Positions 9,933-21,884 of a DNA stretch of 32,000 bases are shown here, piece by piece. The notes below the pieces were generated by a model. That model ran no database searches. It was not told the DNA's origin and was given only the letters and a program-made list of their open reading frames with translations. Numbering within the stretch: the first letter of the stretch is position 1; each line of letters begins with the position of its first letter. Source of the DNA: Wallemia ichthyophaga EXF-994 (Eukaryota; Fungi; Basidiomycota); contig NW_008806298.1 of the NCBI RefSeq assembly GCF_000400465.1, positions 30,001-62,000 on the forward strand. Direction: 5' to 3'. The position numbers and the translations under genes were made by a program.

Positions 9933-11192
9933 TTACGTTGGTCTAATGTCAGAATTACGCACTGGTTCAAAGTACGGGTGAGCCATCGCTTCTTGTGCAG
10001 TCAATCTCTCCTGGTGGTCGTATCTCAGCAGGTGGTCGAGGAAATCGATTGCTTCAGCCGAAACCCATTGCTGGTTCTCTGAGTTAATAAACTTATTCCA
10101 TGGCTTACGAGCGTATCTGCCGAGGATCCCATCGTAGTGGCTGTCGAGCTCGATGTTGTACTTGTCGAGGTACGAGTAGAGTTCGTCTGTACCCAACACC
10201 TTTGCGATCTTAACCAGCTGATCGTAGTTGTCGTGTCCATGGAAGAAAGGCTCCTTCCTGAATATCATGGACGCGAACATACAACCCAAAGACCACATGT
10301 CCAATGAGTAGTCGTACTCTTGGAAGTCAACCAACAGCTCTGGCCCCTTGAAGTATCTCGATGCGACTCTGACGTTGTACTCTGTGCCTGGATGGTAAAA
10401 CTCAGCCAAGCCCCAATCGATCAGCCTAAGCCTTCTCTTGTGGTGATCTATCATGACGTTGTGAGGCTTAACATCCCTGTGCATGATACCCTTTGAGTGA
10501 CAGAAATCGAGTGCCTGTTGAGAGGTGGGTGAGGTTAGTGAGAAGAAGCCTAAACCAACCAAAGCCCACCTTGAGCAATTCGTTGATGTAGAATCTTATA
10601 TCGAAATCTGTCAGCTTTGGGTAGAGCAGCTTGAAGTCGGTGTTGTTGATGTACTCGGATATAACTGGGGATTCTGGTTAGCTGGGTGCTTTGAGACACG
10701 CCAAACGGAAAACCCGGAAAACCCACTAGAAGGAGTCTTTGACTGTGAAAGCTGTTAGCGGCAACAACCCAAACAACGTATTCCACCCACGTTTGGATCC
10801 CTAACAACATCCAGCAAAGCGATTACATTCGGACCGCCAGCCAAATTTTGCAATATCTTGATTTCTCTCTTGATCTTCTTCTTCTTTACGGGCTTGAGGA
10901 CCTTAATAACGCACTTTTCGTCGTTGTTGATGTTTATGCCCTCAAATACCTCCGAGTACTTTCCACGGCCGACTAGAGGGGTGTGAGGGGTGTATTAGGC
11001 TGGCTACGACGACGCACCTCTTCTCACAATCTCATACGATATCTGCTCCCCCCAGGACACAGTCAAATTGTCTAGTCACTTGGTCAGCGAATCGTGCAGC
11101 AGACGTTGAAATCGAGACAAACCATAATCCCACCAAGAGCGGCTGTGCTTCTCGTTGGCATCAGCGTATACGCGACTAATGCTTGGTGGCAT
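9933..11192 (-). CDS. CKA1: Casein kinase II catalytic (alpha) subunit
   Basis: Exons 11192-11123, 11071-11018, 10972-10791, 10742-10727, 10664-10570, 10514-9933 give [74 protein letters not shown]. Confidence 0.97.
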
Positions 11193-11541
11193 CCTCGAGT
11201 CTTGATCGCTGAGATGTAAGATGGTATGCAGATGCTCAGAAATTCATCGATATAATATTATTTAGGATGTGATATTGTAGGCGCGGACAGTGATATGGAT
11301 TTCCTTCTGTTTATCTATTAATTTCCAAGCTCTCGTCTCTCTCTGTGTATTCTGGATCGTGTCGGTGTCATCGAGATGGCCAGCGAGTGAATCCTAGGCG
11401 AGGAGATGTACGACTAAGCCCACGGAATCTCCTCACTCCCATAACCACCACTGTGTATGTCCTGATACAATAAACCCCAAATCTCGTGATCGCCTCTATC
11501 ACCACAACAATCACCGATAGCGCGCTCAACTCAATCAATCC

Positions 11542-14500
11542 ATGTCAGATAACCAAGATCCTGGCGGCGCAGCTGAAGTGGAGTACAACGTACGCAGCCA
11601 TAACTTTTATTTCGGCCGTTATCTTACGCCCTGCTTAGGTTGAGAAGCTCCTCGAGGCTGAGGTCAGTTACGACGCTATCGACAACAAGAAGACGTACTT
11701 TTACTACGTCAAGTGGGAGGACTATTCTTCTGATGAGAATAGGTGGGTTATCGGTGGCAGTTGAGATACAACGACTCATATAATCACCAGCTGGGAACCT
11801 GAGTCATGTATCAGCACAGACGAGTGTATCAAAGATTTCTGGAATGCTGTTGGGATCAACAAGCCTCCTCTTAGCAGCTGCGCTCTTAAAACTCACTGGG
11901 CCCCCTACAAGAAGCCCGCCAAGAAGGAGAAGCGCTCTTCGATCACTCAGAAGAACAAATCCGCGAAGAAGCGCAAGTCTAGTCCCAGTCCTGTGCGTGA
12001 AACTCCACCCAGGAAGCGCAAGTCAGCTGAAAATGCAAAACCTGGCGAAAGCAACAAGCGTATTAAGAAGGCTGTCCCACATGTGAGCGATGGCTCCTCA
12101 ATTGAGAGCAACGGCCATGGAAACGGCAGTGACAGCGACAGCGACACCGACGTTGAAGTCAGCACCGGGAAATCACCTCCAAAGAAATCTCCGATGATAG
12201 CCTCCCCAGTCAAAGCAACCTCCAATTCAAACAAAGCCAAGAAACCTCAAAAGCGTGTCAGCTTTTCTAATCAGGAAGCTGAATTTCTGAATTCTATCAA
12301 CGATGATCTCATTCCTTCTCCACCAGAATCAAATGATGAACAAGTATCAGATGAAGAGGATCTGCAGAATCGCACTAGACAGGAAGCCCTACGTATGATG
12401 AGCAATAAAGCTAAAAACAGACCATTCAGGCCAAGGAAAAGTGATACCGTCAAAGAAACTGCTAAAGAGAGGAGGGAGAGGGTTAAGGACGAAGCTGATC
12501 AGCGTCAAGCTGAAGAAGCTAAACGTCGGGAGGACGAAAGAAGGAAACAACTTCTCGAAAGAGAGAAGGAAAAGGACAGGCAAGAGGAGGTGAAGAGGAA
12601 AGCTGTAGAGAGCCAGAAAAAGGCAGACGAAGCAATTCGTAAAGCTGAACAAGAAGAGAAGAGAAGGGAGAACGAATTAGCAATCAAGAATGGCTCTAAA
12701 GTGCCCACTATTCGCAAGAGAGATCCTCCCAAGGTGCAGTCCGTCGAAGCCCTTTGGAATACAATTGATGGTCATCAAAACGCTGCTAGATTGAGTGTGT
12801 ATGAAAAGACGACTGGCAATAAACTCCCAAAGGTTGGTGGGCATAAGGATTCTTGTGTAGGAAATGGGGCGGGTTCAGCAGAAACCACTGCACACACTCC
12901 AGCTCCCAGCTCTTCATTTAATGGAATCAGACCCCGCTCAAGCTATTCTGGTAAGGCTGATAACGCTGATAACCCAAGAATCGATCAACCACAAATGTCT
13001 CCACCTCTTCAACAGCAGAATCTTCAAAACTTACCTCTGCAGCTGCCACCACCACCACAACCAGCTCAGCAGCAACAGCCTCAGCAACAATCTAGAGTTC
13101 AGGCGAACAGAAAAGGTCAACAACCAAGCAGCCAATTCAAGCCTCCAGCAAGACAGGCACAACAACCAATGGACAACATCTACCCAGCAAGGCAGACACA
13201 AGAACCTCAGGAAATAATCCACCCAGCAAGACAACAGAACAACTTCGACTCACCTTCGAATGGTGTTTTTACAAGAGAGAAAAACATGCTTGAAGACAAT
13301 GAGGAGGATTTTGAAAAATACGATACTTCAAAATCAGCTAAGAAGCTTCAGAAACAGTCGGAACGTACTGCTAGCAATACACTCCCACTAGGCAGCAAGA
13401 GGAGTTGGGGAGGTGGACAGCAAAGTGGAGCACCAGTATCAACATCAACATCAACATCAACATCAGCATCAGCACCAGCACAAGCACTAGCACCTCGGCG
13501 TTCAACTGAAGAACCTCTTCAAGCTCGGAACCAGCCTAATAAGGATCCTCGCAAGCTGCGTCAACAGCAGCAACAAGCTGCAAAGGCCGAGAAAGAAGCA
13601 CAGGCAGCACATACGACTAAGACAAAACATGAAGCACAGGCAGCACAGACAGCACAGACAGCACAGACAGAAGAAGCGGTAAAAGCACAGGGAGAACAGG
13701 AATTAAAAGCACCACATGCACAGGCACAGGCACAGCTGCAGCTGCAACAACAACCACGACAACCACCGCAACCACCATCACTAGCTGAGTCAGTACCCGA
13801 AGCACTCTTCAGGGATGATGACAAAGAAAAAGCAAATACCCGGAAAGATAGCAAGGAGGGTGTTGTTCTTCCAAACAACTTGCGCAGAGAATCAACAACA
13901 CCGCAGCCATCGCATGACCTGCCAGTAATGTATAGCAAGAATTTACCAACCGATGCGCTCTGGAAGGGTGTGATGTTCGCTCATCAGAAGAGACTCGGCA
14001 ATGTTGGTTTTGTCGATGTGACAATAGCAAGTGAAGAGGAAAATGTTGCTCCCCCTATGAGTATGAAAGACTCCCTACAATACCTAAAGGAGTTGAAACT
14101 CGTCTGCTTCCTCGATGCTCAAAGTTTCAAGAAACATGTCAACCAAGTCAACCAGGTCGTCGAGGTGATGTCGCCTGATTTTTCCATGAGACGTTTCTTA
14201 AAAGAACTCGTCGGGTTCGACAAAGTTGGTATTTTCCAGGTTGACGGAGGTGACAATAGCGCAGAGTCAGACGAGATACGCTTTATTGCGTTCGCTCCTG
14301 CGAAGATACCAGATTTGAGAGTGTACTTCAATTTACCAAAGGAGAATCAGATCTTTGCACTCCTCGTGACGATGCCTAGAAATGTCAAATTGCAGTTCGA
14401 AAAGATCGACAAGTGGGATAGAGAAAATGCGAATAATGAGGATGAGGATGAGGATGACAAGATAAGGGTGCAGCGTGAGATTGCTGAGACGAAAAGATGC

Positions 14501-16500
14501 GAAGAAGCAAATAGGGAGAGTCTCACAGAGGCTACAGCAACTGACCAAAGAGTGACTGCAAATGGGCACTCTACGTCAATGGATGTATCTATAAACGAGG
14601 GTATTGGTGTGACTCAGCCTGCGATAGTTGTGGATGGAGAGACTGGCTCGGCTGAATTGACTGACAACGATGCTACGAATGTCAACAATGCTACCAGTGT
14701 AAATAATGCTTCCCTTGGCTCCCAAGCTGCACCTCCAACTGCGTCTCAACCGGTTCTTGTTTCTACTCCTGCTCCTGCTCCTCAAAGTGCTCAGCCTACC
14801 TCTCAACCTGTCTCTCAATCAACAAGTGCCTCTGCTGATCCACGTCTTTCTCGCCACCAAGCTGATAATAACATAGGCAAAACACCTACCCCAGAACCAT
14901 CTGGGCTGCCTCAAGAGTTAGTCGAGAAGGAGAAAGCGAAGCGGAATCTCATCGAAACGAATAAACGCGAGCAAGTCGAGAAGAAGCAGCGTGAAGAGAC
15001 GACTGCAGCGGGAAAAGGAGTAGTATCAAATAGACACTCATTTGCGACTATGCACACATCTACAAGTAAAGAATCACAGCATAGTAATGCTACGTCAAGT
15101 GATGACGCTGCCAGCAATCGCAATGCAAATACCAATGCTGCAGCCACAACAACACCTCAATCTGCTCTTACAGACCCGCGTGTTTCTCGCCGTCAAACTG
15201 AGAATAAAGGAGCTTCCGCACCTTCATCATCGACATCTGCTGGAACATCAAGAGATACTCGCCTGGCGCGCAACCAACAGACAAAGACAGTGAAGGAAGA
15301 AATGATCAAGAAAGAGGCGGGAGTAGCACCACCACTATCTATGTCCAAGACATTAGAGGAGATAGCCAAGTACAAAAAGGAATTAAATTTCTCATCTTCG
15401 AAAATGAGATCCTTGGGTATAGATGGAAAGCTGTATAGAATATCAGCTCCACCGTTTGTCAGCGAACAAAGTAACCAATTGCGCTTAATTCTTACACATC
15501 ACAAATGTAAAGAAGCTACAGGAAACTTTGAAGAGGCATCGAGGGCAGCTACGTTACGGTTTATACATCTCCAGCAGATCGACTATGTCGCGAGTATGCC
15601 TGGTATCACTGACGCTAGATGTAACAAGTCTGTTAGGTTTTTCTTGTTCGGTAAGAATGAAAAAATTCCCAAAGAGCTGTGGAAAGTGAATGAGATATAC
15701 AGATGTGGTGAGTAATTGCGATTGTGAGGGTTTGCAATAGAATCTCACTCACTCATCTGAATAGGTGGTTTAATTACATTCACCTCGAGAGTCCTATCTC
15801 AGGAGACGGAGAAAGTAATTGAGCTTCTTGAACTATTTGCAGCTGTTAGAAATCAAAATACGTACTGGCAAGCATTTGTCCTTGATGACGTCTACAAGAA
15901 GGCCATTTATACATTGAGGGAAGAGATCGCGGTGAGGTCTGAGAACCAACCGGAGGAATATCGACTGGAACTGCTTAGAAGTCTGTTCAAGCCAACAGGG
16001 AAGCTCATGTCATTTGGTCAGCTACCTGCAAACAATCCTAATCCAGTCACACGTAAGTGAAGTTGTGATTTCTAGTCATTACAGCAGCTTACTTGGACAA
16101 ACAAACAGCCACAGAAAAACAGTATATGTTATCGAGAATAAGTAGGAGAAAGGGACAGTTTAACGGAGATACTATAATGGGTACTGCTATTTCGCGTCTA
16201 CCTGAGGGACAGACAGACGCAGATACATGGCTTCTTGAAGAGATGAAACGTATACAGGTGGGTATGACGAGTGGCAAGGTGATTTATTTTCACACTCTGC
16301 AGTACCATGTTGATATTCGCGTCATTCATCGTCGATATGTTGTAATTGATGTTGACGGCGCTGACTTTGGCAGTGAGAATAACTCTGTGGGTTGCGCGCG
16401 TTGTTGAATGGTGAAGATTTCTAACGAGACGTGGCAGATTGAGAAGCACAGCTGTGATAGCTTTATTGATGAAATCAAGGGCGGTACCTTGATTACGTGA
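11542..16500 (+). CDS. Large chromodomain protein, Chp1-like (N-terminal chromodomain, coiled coil, Q-rich and S/T-rich linkers, folded central and C-terminal domains)
   Basis: Exons 11542-11589, 11639-11742, 11791-15707, 15765-16052, 16109-16257, 16303-16386, 16438-16500 form one open frame. Chromodomain EYNVEKLLE..YYVKWEDY..ENSWEPE. Central LWKG block is SPOC-like. C-terminal IYRCGGLITFTSRVL..KVIELLELF resembles fungal Chp1-type proteins (from memory). Chromodomain call is firm; family call is tentative. Confidence 0.75.
13438..13473 (+). repeat. Coding hexamer microsatellite (ATCAAC)4 then (ATCAGC)2, encoding STSTSTSTSASA
   Basis: Read directly from the sequence. Confidence 0.85.
13643..13669 (+). 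repeat. Coding 9-mer tandem repeat (GCACAGACA)3, encoding AQT x3
   Basis: Read directly from the sequence. Confidence 0.85.
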
Positions 16501-16635
16501 GTTAGGATCGCCAGACTCACAATATACATTTCAACTCCTATATATCAATTTTCACTCATGTTGTAAGATGAAATGCAAATTAGAATAAAGTAAGGATATT
16601 CATACAACACAGGTCATTTATAGTTAAGAAGGCGG

Positions 16636-18404
16636 TTAAAGATGGTCGTCTCTAGCTTTCTGACGCTTGCGAGAGTCAGCGGGAGCTTCATCGAGACCTC
16701 TCTTACTGCTTTCGTTGTTACCTTGGATGGCCTCGTTGAGGAATTGATCAACACCGAATGGGTCGACGTCCTTTTCAAATTCGACAGGACCTTCACGAGA
16801 TTGTTGCAAATCAGCGCCCTCGAAACCTTTAGTAGTTGCACCTAAACCAAATCTATCATTATCGAGTGCTTTATTTACGCCATCCTCAGTACCACCGCCG
16901 ACGATTTCATCGTCACCATCCTGATTTCTGTGCTTGTAAATTGCAGCAGCAGCGCTACTACCGTGAAAGAGGGGTTTATCATAGAGATTATAAGCCTCAT
17001 CATCGCCGAATGAAGGATTAAGAGATTCTTTGTTATAGAGACGACTATCAAACATGGCCTCTTTGGACATGGAAGGTTTGGCTAGACCTAGGGCAACTTT
17101 CTCGCTGACGTCTCTATTTTGCTCACGTGCCATTTGTTTTGCGCGCTGCTCGTGCCCCATGTGGCTAATACGCATTTCGCGTTCGCGTTCGGTGCGTTTT
17201 TCTCTTCTCATCTGCTCGCGTTGACGGAGAGCGTGGTCATCGCGAACTTTGTCGTTGTCGCCATCGTCGCCATCGGAGTCGGAGCCGGATGCCGACGCTG
17301 AAGCATCCGAGTCGCTACCGTAAGCAGCGAGGTTGGGCATAGACGATCTACCACCACCACCAACACCAGCACTACGCTCCTCGCGCGCTTTCTGCGCAAG
17401 CTGACGTAGTGATTCTTCCTTGCCGAGTTTCTCTTTCTCGGCGAGACGCTGCTGCATGACGTTACGCTGGCGGACTTCATCGCGAGCATGTCTCTCGCCT
17501 ATAAAGAGTGCTTCTGAGAACTTGGCAAAGTTATCGTTGATTTGAACATCCTGCAATCCACGCCCATCCGCTGCGAGACGCTTATCGAGGGGGATAGTAT
17601 AACCTTTGTTGTTCTTCCAGTTGGAGATACAGGGAGGGATCATCCACTCTTTCTGCTCGGCAGCGGTGGCTTTGCGAGGGGGCGAGCGGAGAATAGGTGG
17701 GGGTGGAGAAGGAGGGCCTCTTGGAACTTTTTTGTGTTTGAAGCGGGGTGGTTCGAGTGGATCTTCGACAGCGTCTCGAATTTGTACCACACGCTGCGTA
17801 CCTTCGTTGGGAGTGTAGCGGACATACTGAGCCGCATTCGCTTTTCCACCTACATCTTTGCTGTGAGCAGCTTTGATTTTGTTACCGACAATCTTCTCAA
17901 GGGCTTCTTTGGTCTTTTGTGTTGTGTCAGCGACGGCGGATTCCGAGGGACGGTCGAGGTCCGTAGAAGCACCATCCGAGCGCTTGGAGAGAGGGAGAAC
18001 GTCTTGGAAGGACGACTGGATGAGATGAGCGTGCTCACCACGGTTCTGCTTGGCAATTGCGTCGTATTTCACCTGACCAGAGCCATCGACAGTGAGAGAG
18101 AGGGTTTTGGAACTCTTTGCCTTCTTGCGGCCGAGATCAAGGGGATACTGGGCGGTGTGGCATTCGGGGTAGGCACCGCCATCAGCAAAGTCCTGGGGAG
18201 TGCTGGGTTTCCAGGAGTGGCGGTGGAGATAAGGAGGAGCAGAGAAGCGTTTGGAGAGAGTGTGGTGGGATTGCTGGGAGTGGTCGTCGTCGTCGTCGTC
18301 GTCGTTGAATCGTGGGGCGGGGAGTACGCTGGGGGAAGTTTAGTAAGTGCTATATGAATCCCAGAAACTCACTTGGACAAACCAGTGGAGAAGGCAGTCG
18401 ACAT
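16636..18404 (-). CDS. PRP45: Pre-mRNA splicing factor Prp45/SKIP/SNW1
   Basis: Exons 18404-18373 and 18328-16636 (intron 18372-18329). Motifs LPAP, DFADGGAYPECHTAQYPLDLG, DPLEPPRFKHKKVPRGPPSPPPP, IPPCISNWKNNKGYTIPLDKRLAADGRGL, NLYDKPLF. Confidence 0.96.
18283..18303 (+). repeat. (GTC)7 trinucleotide run within the poly-Asp stretch of PRP45 (minus strand)
   Basis: Read directly from the sequence. Confidence 0.8.
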
Positions 18405-18473
18405 TTTTACTAAACAATTACTTGAGAATTACTTGTGGATGGTGGTTATAATAAAACGATCAAGTGAAAATAA

Positions 18474-20382
18474 ATGTGACTAGTAATTCAATAGAGGGGT
18501 CCTTCTAATAAACCAATCAAGGTCATTCATCGCTCCAGATCCAACATCCTCGTACCTCTTAGGTGGTGAGCGTGTATCTGGGAATGAGATTCGCCAGCAG
18601 AATGGTGAGTCTGGATAGCCAGTGACACAGCCACTAACCACACACCACCAGTCAGATCAGCCTTGGCTATTGCCAATGTCGTTAAATCCTCTTTGGGTCC
18701 CGTAGGTGTGTATTCCCTTCTCAAACCTTCCAAGCCTGGCTAATTGGAATTGATGTAAAGGACTTGACAAGATGATGGTGGATAACATTGGAGTGTGTGG
18801 CTGTCTATTTCTGGCTATTCCAGCTTACTCTTGGCTTCACAGGATGTCACAATCTCAAACGACGGTGCTACCATTCTCTCCCTCATCGAGACTGAGCACC
18901 CCGCTGCCAAGATTCTCGTTGATTTAGCCCAGCAACAGGATAAAGAGGTCGGCGACGGTACCACCTCCGTCGTCATCGTCGCTGCTGAACTCCTCCGTCG
19001 CGCAAACGATCTCGTCAAGAACCGCATCCACCCAACCACTATCATTACCGGTTACAGATTGGCGTGTAAGGAGGCTTGCAAGTTCATGCAGGACAACCTT
19101 TCCTCCAACGTAGACGCTCTTGGCCGCGAATCCCTCATCAACGTCGCCAAAACTTCTATGGCTTCCAAGATCATTGGGAGGTGAGTTGTGTCAGTTGTTT
19201 ATATCCAACCCTAACAGCCACAGCGACGACGAATTCTTCGCTAACATGGCCGTCGACGCTATGCTCGCCGTCAAGACTATCAATCCACGCGGTGAAGTCA
19301 AGTACCCCGTCAAAGCTGTCAACGTCCTCAAAGCACACGGTAAGAGTACCACAGAATCACTCTTTGTCAAGGGTTATGCACTCAACTGCACCGTCGCGTC
19401 ACAAGCTATGAAGACGCGTATCGCTGGTGCTAAAATTGCTTGTCTCGATATCAATCTCCAGAAACAGCGCATGCACATGGGTGTGCACATCACCATCGAT
19501 GATCCTGCTCAGTTGGAGGAGATCAGGAAGCGTGAGTCGGAAATAACCCTCGAGCGCGTCCGCAAGATTATATCATCTGGTGCAAATGTAGTACTCACTA
19601 CGAAAGGCATTGATGATCTCTGTCTGAAGGAGTTTGTTGAGGCTGGTGTAATGGCAGTACGTCGTTGTCGCAAGGAGGATTTACGTCGTATTGCCAAAGC
19701 TACCGGAGCCAGTCTGGTGTCATCCCTCGCCAATCTCGAGGGAGAGGAGACATTTGAATCGTCTCTCCTCGGTCATGCCGAAGAAGTTGCACAGGAGCGT
19801 ATTTCTGATGACGAGCTTATTCTCGTGAAGGGCACCAAGATTGTTAGTGCTGCGTCAGTCGTCTTGCGTGGTGCGAATGATTACATGCTCGATGAGATGG
19901 AACGTGCTTTACACGACAGTCTGTGTGTCATTAAGCGCACACTCGAATCAGGTCACGTCGTACCAGGTGGTGGTTCAATCGAAGTTGCGCTCTCTATTTA
20001 TCTCGAGAACTTTGCCACTACTCTTGGATCACGTGAGCAACTCGCCATTGCGGAATTCGCTCAAGCCCTGCTGGTTATACCAAAGACATTAAGCGTTAAT
20101 GCGGCTAAAGATTCGACAGAATTGGTGAGCAAGTTGAGAGCATTCCATAATGCAGCTCAGTCTGCTCCACATGGTGACCCTAAGAAGGATTTGCAGAATT
20201 ATGGCCTCGATTTGCTTGGTGGTGATATTAGAGATAATGTTAAAGCAGGCGTACTCGAACCTACCGTATCTAAAATTAGATCTCTCAGGAGCGCCCTCGA
20301 GGCTGCCACTTCTCTGTTGCGTATCGACGACGCTATCAAGATGGCTCCAGCGGAGGCTGCTGACGATGGACATGGTCACTAG
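18474..20382 (+). CDS. TCP1: Chaperonin CCT/TRiC alpha subunit
   Basis: Exons 18474-18475 (AT), 18522-18604, 18652-18705, 18761-18792, 18843-19180, 19224-20382 give [63 protein letters not shown]. The start exon is inferred (see findings). Confidence 0.96.
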
Positions 20383-20483
20383 AGTGCTAAGTTTGTTGAA
20401 AGGCAAGACACATAATTGCAAATTAAAAGAATTTGTTACAAAAAGATTAAAAGTTTTTATATATTTCCCATTTTCTCCCTCAA

Positions 20484-21884
20484 TCAAACATAAACAAAGG
20501 AATTTGGTACAAGGGGTTTAGCGAGAGCGACATGGCGTCTAAACTCTTCAGTGAGGACGTAATTGATTTTGTACGTGTGGTACGTGTGGTACGCGTGGCA
20601 CGTATGGTTGACATAGCCCGATCTCATCTGAAAGCAGTTTGTGTTAAGTGTGATAGTACCACTAGTGAGACATTTCTCGAACAGGCCCATAATAGTAGCG
20701 AGAATGCGACGTGCACAACCACCTGGAGCGAGATTGTGACGAATGTGTTGAAGCATTTTGCGTCGATTGATCCCTATACATCGATTGCAGGGGTCGCTAC
20801 ACCCTTTCATGCCCGTGCTTGGTGAGTTACGAAGGAGAAACTGCACGAGCTGATCGAAAGCCATACCATCACCAATTTGCACTCGCCGGACAACCATCAG
20901 CTGGAGGGGGAAAGGGAGAGGGTTCGAGAGGGGCATGTAGTGGCTGTTTCCGTTGTGACTTGTGTGTCCGGTGTAGCCTGTGTATCCATAGTATCCACAG
21001 TATTCCCCGTGTCCTACCCTCCTGTTGAGCCCCTCCTGCTGGCGGAGGTAGAGCTGCGAAAACATCTCGTTGAGGTTGCGGTGGTCGCTGTGCGTGTGTT
21101 CGCGTGTGTGCGTGCTTAAGCTGCCACTCACACCTGCATCTACCACACCACGCTCACGCTCACGCTCGCTACCTGGTGCTGGCGATGTTAGTGGTACGCA
21201 AGTAAATGAGTCGCGCCGAGCGATCTGTGGACGAGTGCGGCGCGGTTGCGTTGGTTGCTCTGCTTGCTCTGCTTGCAGCTGTGCGAGGGCATCGACGCTA
21301 CCAAAGAGACCGTCGTCGCCGGTGGGAGTGCGAGCAGGAGTGTTAGTGTGTGCAGGTGCATGTCCATTAGCACGCCCACGTCCTTGAATAGCAGCAGCAG
21401 AAGCGGCAGCCTGTTGCAATTGCAAGCTGTGAAGGGGCCCTCTGCGCACAATGACGACATGTTCAGAATGCGTGTCAGACTGGCTACCAACACCAACGCC
21501 TGTACTCTCACTCCCGCCCAAAGCGTGACCTACACCGCGAGCGGAATGGCGGCCGCTCACCATCCCAGCCAACCACTTCTCCTCATCCTCCTCACCTACC
21601 CCGTCCTGGTCATCTTGGGAAGGAGAAGCGACGGTGATGTCAACGACGGGATACGACTCCAGATTGTACTGCGTAGGCGAGCGCGTTTGACACTGGCTGG
21701 GATACGTCGTATGTCCTACTCCACCCCAGTTGTGCGTGTGCGTAGGGTGGATCGTCAGGGTGTCGATCGCATCGATGGTAAGGTCCATGTAGAATGGGCG
21801 CAAGAGGTCCGCGTGCGTAGGAAAAGGCGTGGTGTGGTGCGTGTACATTGTGTCTGCGTACTCGATGTGTTGGATGTACGACAT
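20484..21884 (-). CDS. Hypothetical low-complexity protein (466-aa ORF), no family recognised
   Basis: Long ATG-initiated ORF filling the gap between TCP1 and MOG1; rich in H/T/G/R repeats, with a Cys/His-containing C-terminus. A possible in-frame intron at 21017-20901 is unresolved. Confidence 0.55.
   Translation of the reverse strand: MSYIQHIEYADTMYTHHTTPFPTHADLLRPFYMDLTIDAIDTLTIHPTHTHNWGGVGHTTYPSQCQTRSPTQYNLESYPVVDITVASPSQDDQDGVGEEDEEKWLAGMVSGRHSARGVGHALGGSESTGVGVGSQSDTHSEHVVIVRRGPLHSLQLQQAAASAAAIQGRGRANGHAPAHTNTPARTPTGDDGLFGSVDALAQLQAEQAEQPTQPRRTRPQIARRDSFTCVPLTSPAPGSERERERGVVDAGVSGSLSTHTREHTHSDHRNLNEMFSQLYLRQQEGLNRRVGHGEYCGYYGYTGYTGHTSHNGNSHYMPLSNPLPFPLQLMVVRRVQIGDGMAFDQLVQFLLRNSPSTGMKGCSDPCNRCIGINRRKMLQHIRHNLAPGGCARRILATIMGLFEKCLTSGTITLNTNCFQMRSGYVNHTCHAYHTYHTYKINYVLTEEFRRHVALAKPLVPNSFVYV
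20571..20606 (+). repeat. Degenerate 9-mer tandem repeat (GTACGTGTG)-like x4, encoding HTC-HAY-HTY-HTY in the orphan ORF
   Basis: gtacgtgtg gtacgtgtg gtacgcgtg gcacgtatg. Confidence 0.75.

Noticed and set aside
17542-18357. 271-aa plus-strand ORF opposite PRP45
   Set aside because: Antisense shadow of a conserved CDS; GTG start and no motifs.
19215-19223. Tandem CAG acceptors in the last TCP1 intron
   Set aside because: The first CAG overlaps the CTAAC branch site and would give a 37-nt intron; the second restores the conserved KIIGSDDEFF.
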